Below are positions 8,623 to 17,374 of a stretch of DNA of 64,000 nt, piece after piece. The DNA lies in contig CAKZOW010000117.1 of assembly GCA_937138345.1 (NCBI GenBank), positions 37,572 through 101,571 on the forward strand, written 5' to 3'. Numbering within the stretch: the stretch's first letter is position 1; each line of letters starts with the position of its first letter. The DNA comes from an uncultured archaeon. GTDB lineage: Archaea > Nanobdellota > Nanobdellia > Woesearchaeales > UBA583. The translations under genes and the position numbers were made by a program. The notes beneath the pieces were generated by a model that saw only the letters and a list, made by a program, of their open reading frames with translations, was not told the origin of the DNA and did not search any database.

Positions 8623-8985
8623 CTAGAAGTCGTCCTCATCGAAGTCTTGGTCGAATTCCAACACTAAAGAGTCAGCTACTTTCTGTTGGTACATCTTGTT
8701 TAACTGAAGAGAGTAGTTCAAACGCTTCAATCCTGGTTTCTTAAAGGTGATACCAGAGAATACGTGAGGGTTCTCTACTGTAGTATCGTCTGGAGCTGTA
8801 GTTTCCTCCCAGTTAAGTTTGTTACCGATAGCCATAGTGTAAGGAGTATTACGCCCTAAGCCTAAGTCAGTGAACAAAGTCTGTAAGTCTCTTTTAGAAA
8901 GCCAGATTGAGCCATTAACCAAGTAAGAGATACGACCATCAGATAATTTTACTCTACGAACAGTTTTGATTACGAAAGATTGCAT
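8623..8985 (-). CDS. hypothetical protein with acidic C-terminal tail ending in Phe (SSB-like tail)
   Basis: 120 aa ending ...LEFDQDFDEDDF, which resembles the acidic C-terminal protein-interaction tails of bacterial SSB and T7 gp2.5. Confidence 0.5.
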   Translation of the reverse strand: MQSFVIKTVRRVKLSDGRISYLVNGSIWLSKRDLQTLFTDLGLGRNTPYTMAIGNKLNWEETTAPDDTTVENPHVFSGITFKKPGLKRLNYSLQLNKMYQQKVADSLVLEFDQDFDEDDF

Positions 8986-9325
8986 AATATTAATTTTTGT
9001 AATAGACCCAGAGAATTAACCACAATATTGTAGCTCTTAGCATCTCAAGGTCTAATGATTTGAAAATAAAGGTTTTAAAACGATGCAAATGGATATATCG
9101 CTTCCACAAGCCGAGTTCTTTACTAGTCGGTTTCCTCAATAACCTCAAGGGTTATCAGCACGTCAGTAAAGCTTACATCGTTTTTAAAACTCTAGGGGGT
9201 CTTACCCCGTCAAGATAAGACCGGTGGAGTTAAGGAAGGGAGGATGTCCAATGTTAACATATACAACGAAATAAATATAATGTTTTATTGAAAAAAATTG
9301 AAAAAAAATTTCGTATCTTTACAGT

Positions 9326-10198
9326 ATGAAAGGAATATACGGAATAACAAATGCAGTAAACGGTAAAGTCTATGTAGGGTCTAGTAAGTCTATCTCTAGA
9401 AGATGGAAGGAACATAGAAAAATGCTAAGAGGTAATATTCATCACTCTAGTCACTTACAGTACTCTTGGAACAAATATGGTGAAGAAAACTTTACTTTTG
9501 AAGTTATTGAAGAAGTAGAGGATGTAGAGAGAATCTTTGAAAGAGAGGCTCATTGGATAATAGAATGGAATACTCTAGATGCCAAGTACGGTTACAACAT
9601 GTGCCTACCAAACGGAGGAGCAAAAAGAGAAGAATCTATACAAAAATTAAGAGACCACTGGAATGTAACAGTACCTCATAATTACATAGGTTGTCATAAA
9701 GAATACCTAGAAATGAAGGCTAAAGGGTATGAGAAGGTAGGTATGAAATGGTTAAAGAAGGATAGGGTTAAAGGATTTAGCCGTACTAAAAGAGCAGTAG
9801 ACCAGTACGACTTTAATTTCACTTTAATAGGTTCTTACGATAGTATAATAGATGCTGCTAGAGCTACAGGTTTATCAGACAAGATAGGTGGTTCTTGTAG
9901 AGGAGATAAGAAGTCTTGTGGTGGATTCTATTGGAAGTTTAGAGAAGAGTCCTTAGAGGAGCTTAAAACGCGTGTACAAATAAAAGATACTAAACTGATG
10001 TGCGGGATTACTCAAGTAAAAGTATACGAATACCAAGGGAAAAGAAGTCTACATAAGAAAAATTTCGATACTTACAGAAAGAACAAAGCTATAAAAATGG
10101 TAGAAGTATACATGGTACCATCCAAGATAGAGAGGAAGAGATTAACACCAGAACAAATCAGTATATCTAACTACAAATATCTAGAAACACTTAATTAA
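9326..10198 (+). CDS. GIY-YIG family homing endonuclease (free-standing)
   Basis: N-terminus GIYGITNAVNGKVYVGSSKSISRRWKEH carries the GIY...YVG motif with the conserved Arg and Glu; the C-terminal half is basic and DNA-binding-like. 290 aa. Confidence 0.8.
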   Translation: MKGIYGITNAVNGKVYVGSSKSISRRWKEHRKMLRGNIHHSSHLQYSWNKYGEENFTFEVIEEVEDVERIFEREAHWIIEWNTLDAKYGYNMCLPNGGAKREESIQKLRDHWNVTVPHNYIGCHKEYLEMKAKGYEKVGMKWLKKDRVKGFSRTKRAVDQYDFNFTLIGSYDSIIDAARATGLSDKIGGSCRGDKKSCGGFYWKFREESLEELKTRVQIKDTKLMCGITQVKVYEYQGKRSLHKKNFDTYRKNKAIKMVEVYMVPSKIERKRLTPEQISISNYKYLETLN

Positions 10199-10217
10199 TT
10201 TTTACTACCTTTATAGT

Positions 10218-10595
10218 ATGAAGGACAAATATTGGGATGCAGTGTACAGACCAGATAACCCTAGGGAATGTGGTATACTAACAGAAGACGATGAGTTGGT
10301 ACTAGACGTACTTGATGTAGATTACTCGACTATAGCCTACATAGTCGGTATACATAATAATTCTGTTAGAGATAGGAGAGAGCCTAGGAGACTAATGTTC
10401 TCGGAGACTGGTGACAGATTCGAAATGTTAGTACAAAATAAGTATAATACAGGAGAAGCACTTCATAAAGGCGAGTTAAAGATAACTGTAGTTAAAGGTA
10501 ATAAAAGGACTAGGTTACAGAAGTTTTTGAATAGGATTTACAAAAAGTGGTATCCTGAAATTAATACAATAAAAGTAGAGCATGAGAGAGATTAA
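10218..10595 (+). CDS. hypothetical protein
   Basis: 125-aa ORF. Its upstream element TACCTTTATAGT-ATG resembles the one at 9326 (TATCTTTACAGT-ATG). Confidence 0.5.
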   Translation: MKDKYWDAVYRPDNPRECGILTEDDELVLDVLDVDYSTIAYIVGIHNNSVRDRREPRRLMFSETGDRFEMLVQNKYNTGEALHKGELKITVVKGNKRTRLQKFLNRIYKKWYPEINTIKVEHERD

Positions 10596-10884
10596 AGATA
10601 TTATACCTATTACAGCTAAAAGATTAGGTATACCTGAAGAGGAATTAGCTAGACATGTAAAACAGTATGAGAAAGATTTAAAAGACGCTTTAGCTAATAA
10701 GCCTTATTTAGAGTACGATTTTTACTTCCTAGGTAAACTAAGGTACATGAAAAATCCTCTTAAAAAAGTAATAAAGAACTTTAGTAACAAGGGATTTGAC
10801 GTAGAGCACTATAAGAAAGTTTTGAAACTTTTCGACATAGATTACGAAATAAAACGTAAAAGATGGAATAAGAGTAGTGAATAA
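10582..10884 (+). CDS. hypothetical protein
   Basis: 100-aa ORF. Confidence 0.45.
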   Translation: MREIKDIIPITAKRLGIPEEELARHVKQYEKDLKDALANKPYLEYDFYFLGKLRYMKNPLKKVIKNFSNKGFDVEHYKKVLKLFDIDYEIKRKRWNKSSE

Positions 10885-10924
10885 TAATTTTTTTTATTAT
10901 ATTTGTGTATACAAATGAATAAAA

Positions 10925-11257
10925 ATGAAAAGAACGCACCCTATAGTGTTAAAAGTAGGTAAAGTAGTGTTAGTAGAATTTCAACTGAAATGGATGCTAC
11001 ATCCTAAACCTATTACAGGTAAAGATTTAAAAGTACTAGCTTATGTATTCCTATATAAAGGAAAAGCTATTGAGAAGATGTTAGAGGACGGAGTATCTAA
11101 GAGTAAGAAGAGTTTAGAGAACACTATATCGACTTACAGGAAATTAGGTGTAATACAGGGATTCCAAGAGAAGACGATACTTAATCCGGCTCTTAACGCT
11201 TTGACACAAGATTTGTCATACACAATAAATTTTAAACTAGATGATACGTTGGATTAG
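10925..11257 (+). CDS. hypothetical protein
   Basis: 110-aa ORF. Confidence 0.45.
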   Translation: MKRTHPIVLKVGKVVLVEFQLKWMLHPKPITGKDLKVLAYVFLYKGKAIEKMLEDGVSKSKKSLENTISTYRKLGVIQGFQEKTILNPALNALTQDLSYTINFKLDDTLD

Positions 11258-11582
11258 GAACTATAGAAAGTCTACTAAAAAGCTTACGTGGGAAAATGTA
11301 AAGAACTACTTTGCCGCTAAGAGGAGACAAAGGAGAATACAGTTAATTGAGGATACTTTTTTTTCTGGTCCAGGACTAAAACCAATACCGGGAGCTAAGA
11401 CAGTAGTTTGGCGAGAAAAACAAGTAAAGAAATTCTCACCAATCTGTTTAAAGCAAGGTTATTGTAAAGAATGTTACTGTTCGTTTGAGGATGGTTTATT
11501 ATACGAAGAAAAAGCCTGTGAAGGTGGATGCTACCCAAATTGGGAAGAATCAAAAAAATTAGCAAATGATATTCAAGAGTAA
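11241..11582 (+). CDS. hypothetical Cys-rich protein
   Basis: 113 aa with a CKECYCS...CEGGC cysteine cluster; possible metal binding. Confidence 0.45.
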   Translation: MIRWIRNYRKSTKKLTWENVKNYFAAKRRQRRIQLIEDTFFSGPGLKPIPGAKTVVWREKQVKKFSPICLKQGYCKECYCSFEDGLLYEEKACEGGCYPNWEESKKLANDIQE

Positions 11583-11880
11583 AAATATTAAAGTAGGAAG
11601 TAAAGTTAGGACAGATGCTCCTTTCACTTTCGAAGGTAAAGCAAGTACAGATTATAAAAATATTAAAGCGACTCCTAGTTGTGGATGTACAGGTGCCACA
11701 TTTAGAGTACTAAGAAATAGTCAATGGCAACCTTCAACAAGGGTGGCAGAAGGCGAAGCCTTTAGAGTTACAGGTAAGTTGAATAACGTACCTACTAATG
11801 GATCTGTTACTAAAAAAGTGACTATTACGGCTACGGGATTGGCTCCTATTCCTTTACTATTCACAATGTATTTAGTATGA
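11566..11880 (+). CDS. DUF1573-like protein
   Basis: 104 aa. Contains PSCGCTGATF, resembling the SCGCT signature of DUF1573 (a Bacteroidota family, recalled from memory). Confidence 0.4.
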   Translation: MIFKSKNIKVGSKVRTDAPFTFEGKASTDYKNIKATPSCGCTGATFRVLRNSQWQPSTRVAEGEAFRVTGKLNNVPTNGSVTKKVTITATGLAPIPLLFTMYLV

Positions 11881-12749
11881 TTTTTCACGCAGATACTCAT
11901 TCCTATTACAATGGAGATGAAAAATACTTAGGCGTTACTTCTACAATAGGTAAAATGAAACAACCTACTGATTGGGATCAGATAGCAGAGAATTACGTGA
12001 ATAAAAAAACACGTAGAGAATTGTTAGAGGACCTAGCTAAAAAGTGGAAGATTACTTTCAGACAAGCTAGAGAGAAGTGGGGTAATGAAGAGTTTACAGG
12101 TCCTTGGATTAGAACTGTCTGGAAAGATAAATCAGAAAGAGCATTAGCAGGTGGTAGTTTCTTCCATGATTGGAAAGAGATACAAGATTCTGATACTTGC
12201 TTCTACAACCCAGTTGTAAATAACAAGAAGACTCTTTTAGACCTGAATGAGTTAACTGATGGTACTTACTTAGAATTAGGAGTATACGCACATCAGTACT
12301 ATACTTGTGGACAAGTAGATAAGATTAAATTTGAAGGAAAGTACTTTGATATTTCTGATTACAAAACAGATGCAGAGAAACCTTCAACAGAAACTAAGGC
12401 TTATTGGAATAGTAATACAGGTAGAAGTGAGGTAAAGAAGTTTATATCTCCCTTATCACATATACCAGAAACTAATTACTACAAACATGCCTTACAGATG
12501 TCTACTTATTCTAGGATGTTAGAATTATACAAAGGTTATAAGTGCAGGAGTTTGACTGTGAAGTATGTACACACAGAATATCGACATCCCTTACAAGCTG
12601 GAGATGATTTAGTTATACATGAAGAACCTGAGTTCGATAGAGTACGAGTATTCTTAGGGTTAGAAGATATTGAATTACCTTATTTAAAAAAAGAAGCAGA
12701 AGCTATCTTAAAATACAATAGAAATGCCTACAGACAAAAAAACCGATGA
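11877..12749 (+). CDS. PD-(D/E)XK nuclease, RecB/Cas4/YqaJ-like
   Basis: 290 aa. GQVDKIKFEGKYFDISDYKT supplies the D...(D/E)xK motifs, followed by ALQMSTY (the QhxxY motif of RecB-family nucleases). Confidence 0.55.
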   Translation: MIFHADTHSYYNGDEKYLGVTSTIGKMKQPTDWDQIAENYVNKKTRRELLEDLAKKWKITFRQAREKWGNEEFTGPWIRTVWKDKSERALAGGSFFHDWKEIQDSDTCFYNPVVNNKKTLLDLNELTDGTYLELGVYAHQYYTCGQVDKIKFEGKYFDISDYKTDAEKPSTETKAYWNSNTGRSEVKKFISPLSHIPETNYYKHALQMSTYSRMLELYKGYKCRSLTVKYVHTEYRHPLQAGDDLVIHEEPEFDRVRVFLGLEDIELPYLKKEAEAILKYNRNAYRQKNR

Positions 12750-13569
12750 ATATTACAAGCGACTAGATATAATATCTGCTAAAAAGTTTTATGCTGGACG
12801 TGATTCTTGTATAAATTCTTCGCAATATCTAGGATGGAATGGTATGGCTACTAGTATAACGGATTCAACTGTTTCATCAAAAACAAAACTAATAGGAGGT
12901 ACTTTTATACAAGAAAGTCCTTATATGGTGCAAATATGTAAATCAAACAAAATGCAATCAACATTATTTTTAGACGTAGATAATACATTGATAGTGTCCA
13001 AAGATGGTTCACTGTTTCCAACAGTAGATAACTGGGTATTCAAAGCAGGTATTTTGGAAACTTTGATTAAGAAAGTCAGGGAGTATGACCAAGTGATTCT
13101 AGTAACTAATCAGGGCGGTGTAGATGCAGGTTTCAAAACACCTCAAGAAGTAGAACGCTATATCAGTGAAGTTTGTCACGGATTGGAAGTAGTTACTAGT
13201 ATTCAGGCGAAAACATTCATTGCGTATATAAATGAGGACAGAAAGCCAGTATTAGGTAATTTCATCAAGGATTTAACTAGGCTTAATGAGTTAACTCACT
13301 TAGAAGAGTATGCAGGACTTAACTATGATGCTAAAGTGAATGTGTTTGATAACATTAATCTTAATCAATCTACAATGGTAGGAGATGCTTCAGGATTAAC
13401 TAGAGTATTAACTAAGAAAGGTAAATTTGTTAGATTAGGAAAAGATTTAGAGATAGCGGAAGAAGATGAAGGTTATATCGTTAAAAAAGACTTCTCAGAT
13501 TCAGACAAATTATTTGCGGAGAATATGGGAGTATTTTATCAAGATATTGAAGAATTTTTAAACAAATAA
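12724..13569 (+). CDS. HAD-superfamily phosphatase (subfamily IIIA / polynucleotide 3'-phosphatase-like)
   Basis: 281 aa. LFLDVDNTLI is the DxDxT motif I; VILVTNQGGV is the TNQ motif typical of HAD IIIA enzymes (GmhB, Pnk phosphatase). Confidence 0.6.
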   Translation: MPTDKKTDEYYKRLDIISAKKFYAGRDSCINSSQYLGWNGMATSITDSTVSSKTKLIGGTFIQESPYMVQICKSNKMQSTLFLDVDNTLIVSKDGSLFPTVDNWVFKAGILETLIKKVREYDQVILVTNQGGVDAGFKTPQEVERYISEVCHGLEVVTSIQAKTFIAYINEDRKPVLGNFIKDLTRLNELTHLEEYAGLNYDAKVNVFDNINLNQSTMVGDASGLTRVLTKKGKFVRLGKDLEIAEEDEGYIVKKDFSDSDKLFAENMGVFYQDIEEFLNK

Positions 13570-13571
13570 AC

Positions 13572-13850
13572 ATGGATATTTATACTAAGAAGTGTACTAA
13601 AGCAGAAATTCAAGAGTTATTTGATAATCTTCCTGAAGAACCAAACTGGAAAGTAGTTACTCCTGAAAGACCTTGGATGTATATATATGATAAGTCGAGA
13701 CACATTTACGTAGTCAATGAAGAAGTAGCCCAACAAAACGCTTCAGAAATGTACTGGTTTTTATCTAAAGTTGATAAATCAAAAGTACATTATACCAAAG
13801 AATACAATCCTGAAAAAGCTTTAGCAAGTATTAACTCTACAGAAGTATGA
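13572..13850 (+). CDS. hypothetical protein
   Basis: 92-aa ORF with ATGA-type coupling to its neighbours. Confidence 0.45.
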   Translation: MDIYTKKCTKAEIQELFDNLPEEPNWKVVTPERPWMYIYDKSRHIYVVNEEVAQQNASEMYWFLSKVDKSKVHYTKEYNPEKALASINSTEV

Positions 13851-15145
13851 TAGATCCGATGTTAAAAGAATTTGGATACGAATTAGGAGAAGTACTTTCT
13901 AAAAAAGATATAAGTACGAAAAGACTGGAATGTAATAATAAGATGAGAACACTTGGATATGAAACACCTAGTACAGTCTACTATTTTCATGATCCATTAA
14001 GTCATTTTTCTACAGGTTCAATGAGATTATCCTTTGACAAAGATATGAATGAAATTTATCATAAATTATATAAAATGGACATTTACAATCAAAAAATCCC
14101 TACATACAAAGTAGGTACAGAAGGTTTAGAGCAGACAGGAGAAATGGGTATTCCTTTAGTAAGAGGAAGTAAAGATTCTCCAGGTCAAAAAGGAGATGAT
14201 TTTGATATAGATAAACCTTTAACTGAAAATGAAAAATTCCAAGTAATGTCTGCCTATGGTAAAAATTTTGAAGATTTTTTGATGAAATCTAGTAAGATGA
14301 TAATTCCTGATATTACAAAGGATAAGCCTGTAGCTAATACAGGTATTCCTGGTAAAGGGGGTGAGAAGTTTACAGTTAAATTTAGTAAAGATATGTTTAA
14401 CGCAGTTAGATTTCCCACAGTTACACCTGATAACCCTAGTGAGTATGCTTTAGCGATGCTGGCTAATGGTCTACATATTTACAAGGATGGTGAATGGCGA
14501 GAATTACCTTTAAAACCAGAAGAAGCGTTCGTATCTAAAACTAACGTTGAAACTAAATTAGGTGATAGGTATACAGATAGTGTTAACGAAAAAAATTATA
14601 TATATGAAGGGTTTTGGGTAGAAAGTTATAAGTCTATAGAGAATATGCCTGATGCAATACTTTCCTTAAATAAAGATGTAAGACGTACTTATGTACCTGA
14701 AGAGTTGGGTACCTTTTGCTTATGTCCGGATACTAATAAATTCTATGAATGGAAAGGTCGTTGGGTAGAATTTTTTGAATTCGAAGTAGAGTTGAAAGAA
14801 CATCCAGGATATAAGGTGTTTAGAGATAAAGTAAAAGAAGGTAAGTGTGAACTTGGTATAGATAATCCTCAACTAAAAGAATCAGAAGGTAAGTTACCTT
14901 ACGAATTAGAATGGGGCTTTATAGAAGGTATGGCTAAGAGAATGCAAGCTAACAAAGGAAAGTATGAACCTTATAACTGGAAGAACAATAAGATACCAGT
15001 ACATAAACTCAAAGAAGCCTTATCTCGACACTTTATCGAAGTACAGAAAGGTAACTACGATGATGAAGGATTATATGGACATTTATATGCTTTGGCTTGT
15101 AATTCTATGATGATTATCGAACAGTTAAAAATGAAAGCTGTCTAA
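13847..15145 (+). CDS. hypothetical protein with C-terminal DUF5664-like (dATP/dGTP pyrophosphohydrolase-associated) domain
   Basis: 432 aa. The C-terminus YNWKNNKIPVHKLKEALSRHFIEVQKGNYDDEGLYGHLYALACNSMMIIEQL matches the pattern nW..g......A..RH......G..D.eSG..HLaha..N..f that I recall for DUF5664 phage proteins. Confidence 0.4.
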   Translation: MIDPMLKEFGYELGEVLSKKDISTKRLECNNKMRTLGYETPSTVYYFHDPLSHFSTGSMRLSFDKDMNEIYHKLYKMDIYNQKIPTYKVGTEGLEQTGEMGIPLVRGSKDSPGQKGDDFDIDKPLTENEKFQVMSAYGKNFEDFLMKSSKMIIPDITKDKPVANTGIPGKGGEKFTVKFSKDMFNAVRFPTVTPDNPSEYALAMLANGLHIYKDGEWRELPLKPEEAFVSKTNVETKLGDRYTDSVNEKNYIYEGFWVESYKSIENMPDAILSLNKDVRRTYVPEELGTFCLCPDTNKFYEWKGRWVEFFEFEVELKEHPGYKVFRDKVKEGKCELGIDNPQLKESEGKLPYELEWGFIEGMAKRMQANKGKYEPYNWKNNKIPVHKLKEALSRHFIEVQKGNYDDEGLYGHLYALACNSMMIIEQLKMKAV

Positions 15146-15265
15146 ATTATATGTAATTACTAAATTAGGTACAAGTATACTTAGAGATGAGGAAATCTTT
15201 AAAGGTTATATCAGAACTACTAGAGACTTGGATGTAATTCTTTCAGCAGTTATAAATACAGATTA

Positions 15266-15607
15266 ATGAGAATAGTTAACTTAGAAGAGTTTAGAAAACT
15301 CCCAGAAGGTGTTCTTTTTATGGAGTATCATTCTACAGCATTTGGTCCTTTGACTATTAAAGGTGAAACTTGGGAAAGTGACTATCTAGAATGTATACCT
15401 TTTAGAGATTTGGATACTCAAGATTCCAAAGAATATTACGAGGTACTGAAGCACATGGAGGAAACAGGTGAACCTAGACCAATTGAGATTTCATATAGTA
15501 GAGAAGGTTTATTTGAAAAAGATAAAAAGTACGCTATTATTGAGAAGGGAGATTATGATAAATTTTTAAACCATATACAAGATTTAGGATATTATGAAGG
15601 TAATTGA
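15266..15607 (+). CDS. hypothetical protein
   Basis: 113-aa ORF. Confidence 0.5.
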   Translation: MRIVNLEEFRKLPEGVLFMEYHSTAFGPLTIKGETWESDYLECIPFRDLDTQDSKEYYEVLKHMEETGEPRPIEISYSREGLFEKDKKYAIIEKGDYDKFLNHIQDLGYYEGN

Positions 15608-15728
15608 TTTTTTAAAACAGTTAGATGCTGGAGCATTAGTAGAAGAGATGTTTCCAGAGTTTGTCGAAGATGGAGAAGGCGGTGTTCGTATAGATAGTAA
15701 CTATGATTCTAAACAACTAGGAGCTGAA

Positions 15729-15800
15729 ATGGCTTTTTAGCCCAAATGGACGATGTTGTGCTGTTGTCGGTCGTTTTCTTTTTTTCGGCAGTAGCACAAT
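15729..15800 (+). repeat. related GC-rich imperfect inverted repeat (TTGTGCTGTTGTCGG ... CGGCAGTAGCACAA) with GGACGATGTTG motif
   Basis: Long imperfect hairpin with a T-rich loop immediately upstream of the DUF4326 gene. Confidence 0.5.
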
Positions 15801-15807
15801 TTTAATT

Positions 15808-16284
15808 ATGGATGTATCATTGAAAGGACTTGCACAAGAAATGCGAGAAAATTTATTAGAAGAAATTTCAAATTTTAAAAAGAAAATATACATGAATGGA
15901 ACAATAATTAATAATCCAAAACGAATAAAAAGACAATATTACAAGAAACTTCCACCCAAATCAAAATCAGTAACAAGACCTGGCAAGTGGGGCAATCCTT
16001 TTTTAATTGTTTTAGAGGATGATGTTTATTTTGTCAAAGATAAAAGCGGAAATTATTGGGGCAATAATAATGAAGGATATAAAACAAAAGAATTAGCAGC
16101 AAAAAAATCGGTTCAATGTTTTAAAGGCTATTTATCAGCTAAAGTAATGAAAGGCGAATTAAGTCTTTCAGCTTTTGACAATATTGACAATATAGCTTGT
16201 TTTTGTAAATTAGAAGAAACTTGTCACGCTGATATTATTATTGATTTTGTTTCTCAATATCGAAATGGTCAGACTTTTTTCTAA
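15808..16284 (+). CDS. DUF4326-family protein (NADAR/YbiA-related fold per the literature)
   Basis: 158 aa. Contains TRPGKWGNPF, ...KKSVQCFKGYL and IACFCKLEETCHADIIIDF, matching the DUF4326 hallmarks (WGNPF, then C.C....CH near the C-terminus). Confidence 0.65.
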   Translation: MDVSLKGLAQEMRENLLEEISNFKKKIYMNGTIINNPKRIKRQYYKKLPPKSKSVTRPGKWGNPFLIVLEDDVYFVKDKSGNYWGNNNEGYKTKELAAKKSVQCFKGYLSAKVMKGELSLSAFDNIDNIACFCKLEETCHADIIIDFVSQYRNGQTFF

Positions 16285-16345
16285 TGACCGACAATGCCTG
16301 CAACCGCAGCCGTATGAGCGGCTGTGAAATATGGACGCTGTTGCA
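16283..16345 (+). repeat. related GC-rich hairpin element (CAGCCG-TATGAG-CGGCTG) with flanking motifs GACCGACAATGC and GGACGCTGTTGC
   Basis: It shares the GAC(C)GACAATGC left motif with 18233 and the GGACG(A/C)TGTTG right motif with 15735 and 17121. Confidence 0.6.
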
Positions 16346-16390
16346 TTTATTATGCACTCGTCTTTTTTTAAACTTTTTTAGACTTTTAAA

Positions 16391-17071
16391 ATGAAAAACA
16401 CTTATTCAGATTTTTTAAATTTATTTAGTACTTTTTGTGTGGAGGTAGGTCTGACCGAAAACCATGCAAAGGAAATGATGACGACATTCGACATTCGTTT
16501 TGATTATATCGAAGCTTATGGAGACAATGAACAAGGCTTAGAATTAGCTTATAATTATTATAAAACAACTGTAATTCCTCACAAAGTAGCTGTTTTTAAA
16601 GAAGCTATGAAAATGGAGGACGCATTTAAAAGACAAAGAAAAGAAGATTTAATCGTTCAACTTCGTGACCATGACTTGTCTAAATTTTGCTTTGAAGAAC
16701 TTGCTTATGCCGATGTAGATTTTAAAAACTTTAAAGACAACCCAAAATGGGTTATAGATAATTTTAAAAAAAGTTGGCATCACCATAAATCAGTTAACCC
16801 ACATCATCCAGAATATTGGTTTGATGTAAAGAAAGACGGAACAGCAAATCCAATTAAAATTCCGACTCATTTTTTAGCTGAAATGGTTGCAGATTGGCGA
16901 GGTGCAGGGATTACTTATGGAAACCCTATTGGGTATTGGTTAAAAAAAAATTTACACACTTTTCGTTTTCATAAAGAAACGGCTATGGAGTTGGCTGTAC
17001 TTTTGGCTAAATACTGTCAAATAGAAACAAAACTAAAAGATGACAGTGATGAAGTTTTGTTTTGTGTTTGA
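16391..17071 (+). CDS. hypothetical protein (His-rich segment HHHKSVNPHHPEYW)
   Basis: 226-aa ORF flanked on both sides by GC-rich hairpin repeat elements. Confidence 0.55.
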   Translation: MKNTYSDFLNLFSTFCVEVGLTENHAKEMMTTFDIRFDYIEAYGDNEQGLELAYNYYKTTVIPHKVAVFKEAMKMEDAFKRQRKEDLIVQLRDHDLSKFCFEELAYADVDFKNFKDNPKWVIDNFKKSWHHHKSVNPHHPEYWFDVKKDGTANPIKIPTHFLAEMVADWRGAGITYGNPIGYWLKKNLHTFRFHKETAMELAVLLAKYCQIETKLKDDSDEVLFCV

Positions 17072-17080
17072 TGGTGCATA

Positions 17081-17374
17081 ATGTCTGGAACAATGCACGG
17101 TCACGGCTTTTGCCGTGGCTGGTCGATGTTGCTTTTATTAGAGGGCGTTTTCTTTATTTTTTTATTTATGAGTTTTAAAATCGGCGACAAAGTACAATAC
17201 TCTATATCATATTTGACAAAAAAGAATATACATTCAATGGATATTGTTTTAGCTGCCTTTGTTGTGGATGGATTTGATGTTTATTTTGGATGCGATAAAG
17301 AATTAAGATTAAAAAGAAAAGATGGCGTTTATATTTATGCGAACGCAAAAGATTTAGAGAAAATAATTGATTGA
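17081..17374 (+). CDS. hypothetical protein; annotated start probably too far upstream (true start likely Met near 17170)
   Basis: The first about 29 codons are read through the 38-bp GC-rich repeat at 17087-17124. The downstream part (MSFKIGDKVQYS...) has normal AT-rich coding character. Confidence 0.4.
   Translation: MSGTMHGHGFCRGWSMLLLLEGVFFIFLFMSFKIGDKVQYSISYLTKKNIHSMDIVLAAFVVDGFDVYFGCDKELRLKRKDGVYIYANAKDLEKIID
17087..17124 (+). repeat. 38-bp GC-rich repeat GGAACAATGCACGGTCACGGCTTTTGCCGTGGCTGGTC (copy 1), containing hairpin CACGGC-TTTT-GCCGTG
   Basis: Identical 38-mer at 18248-18285. GC content is far above the roughly 30% of its surroundings. Confidence 0.85.
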
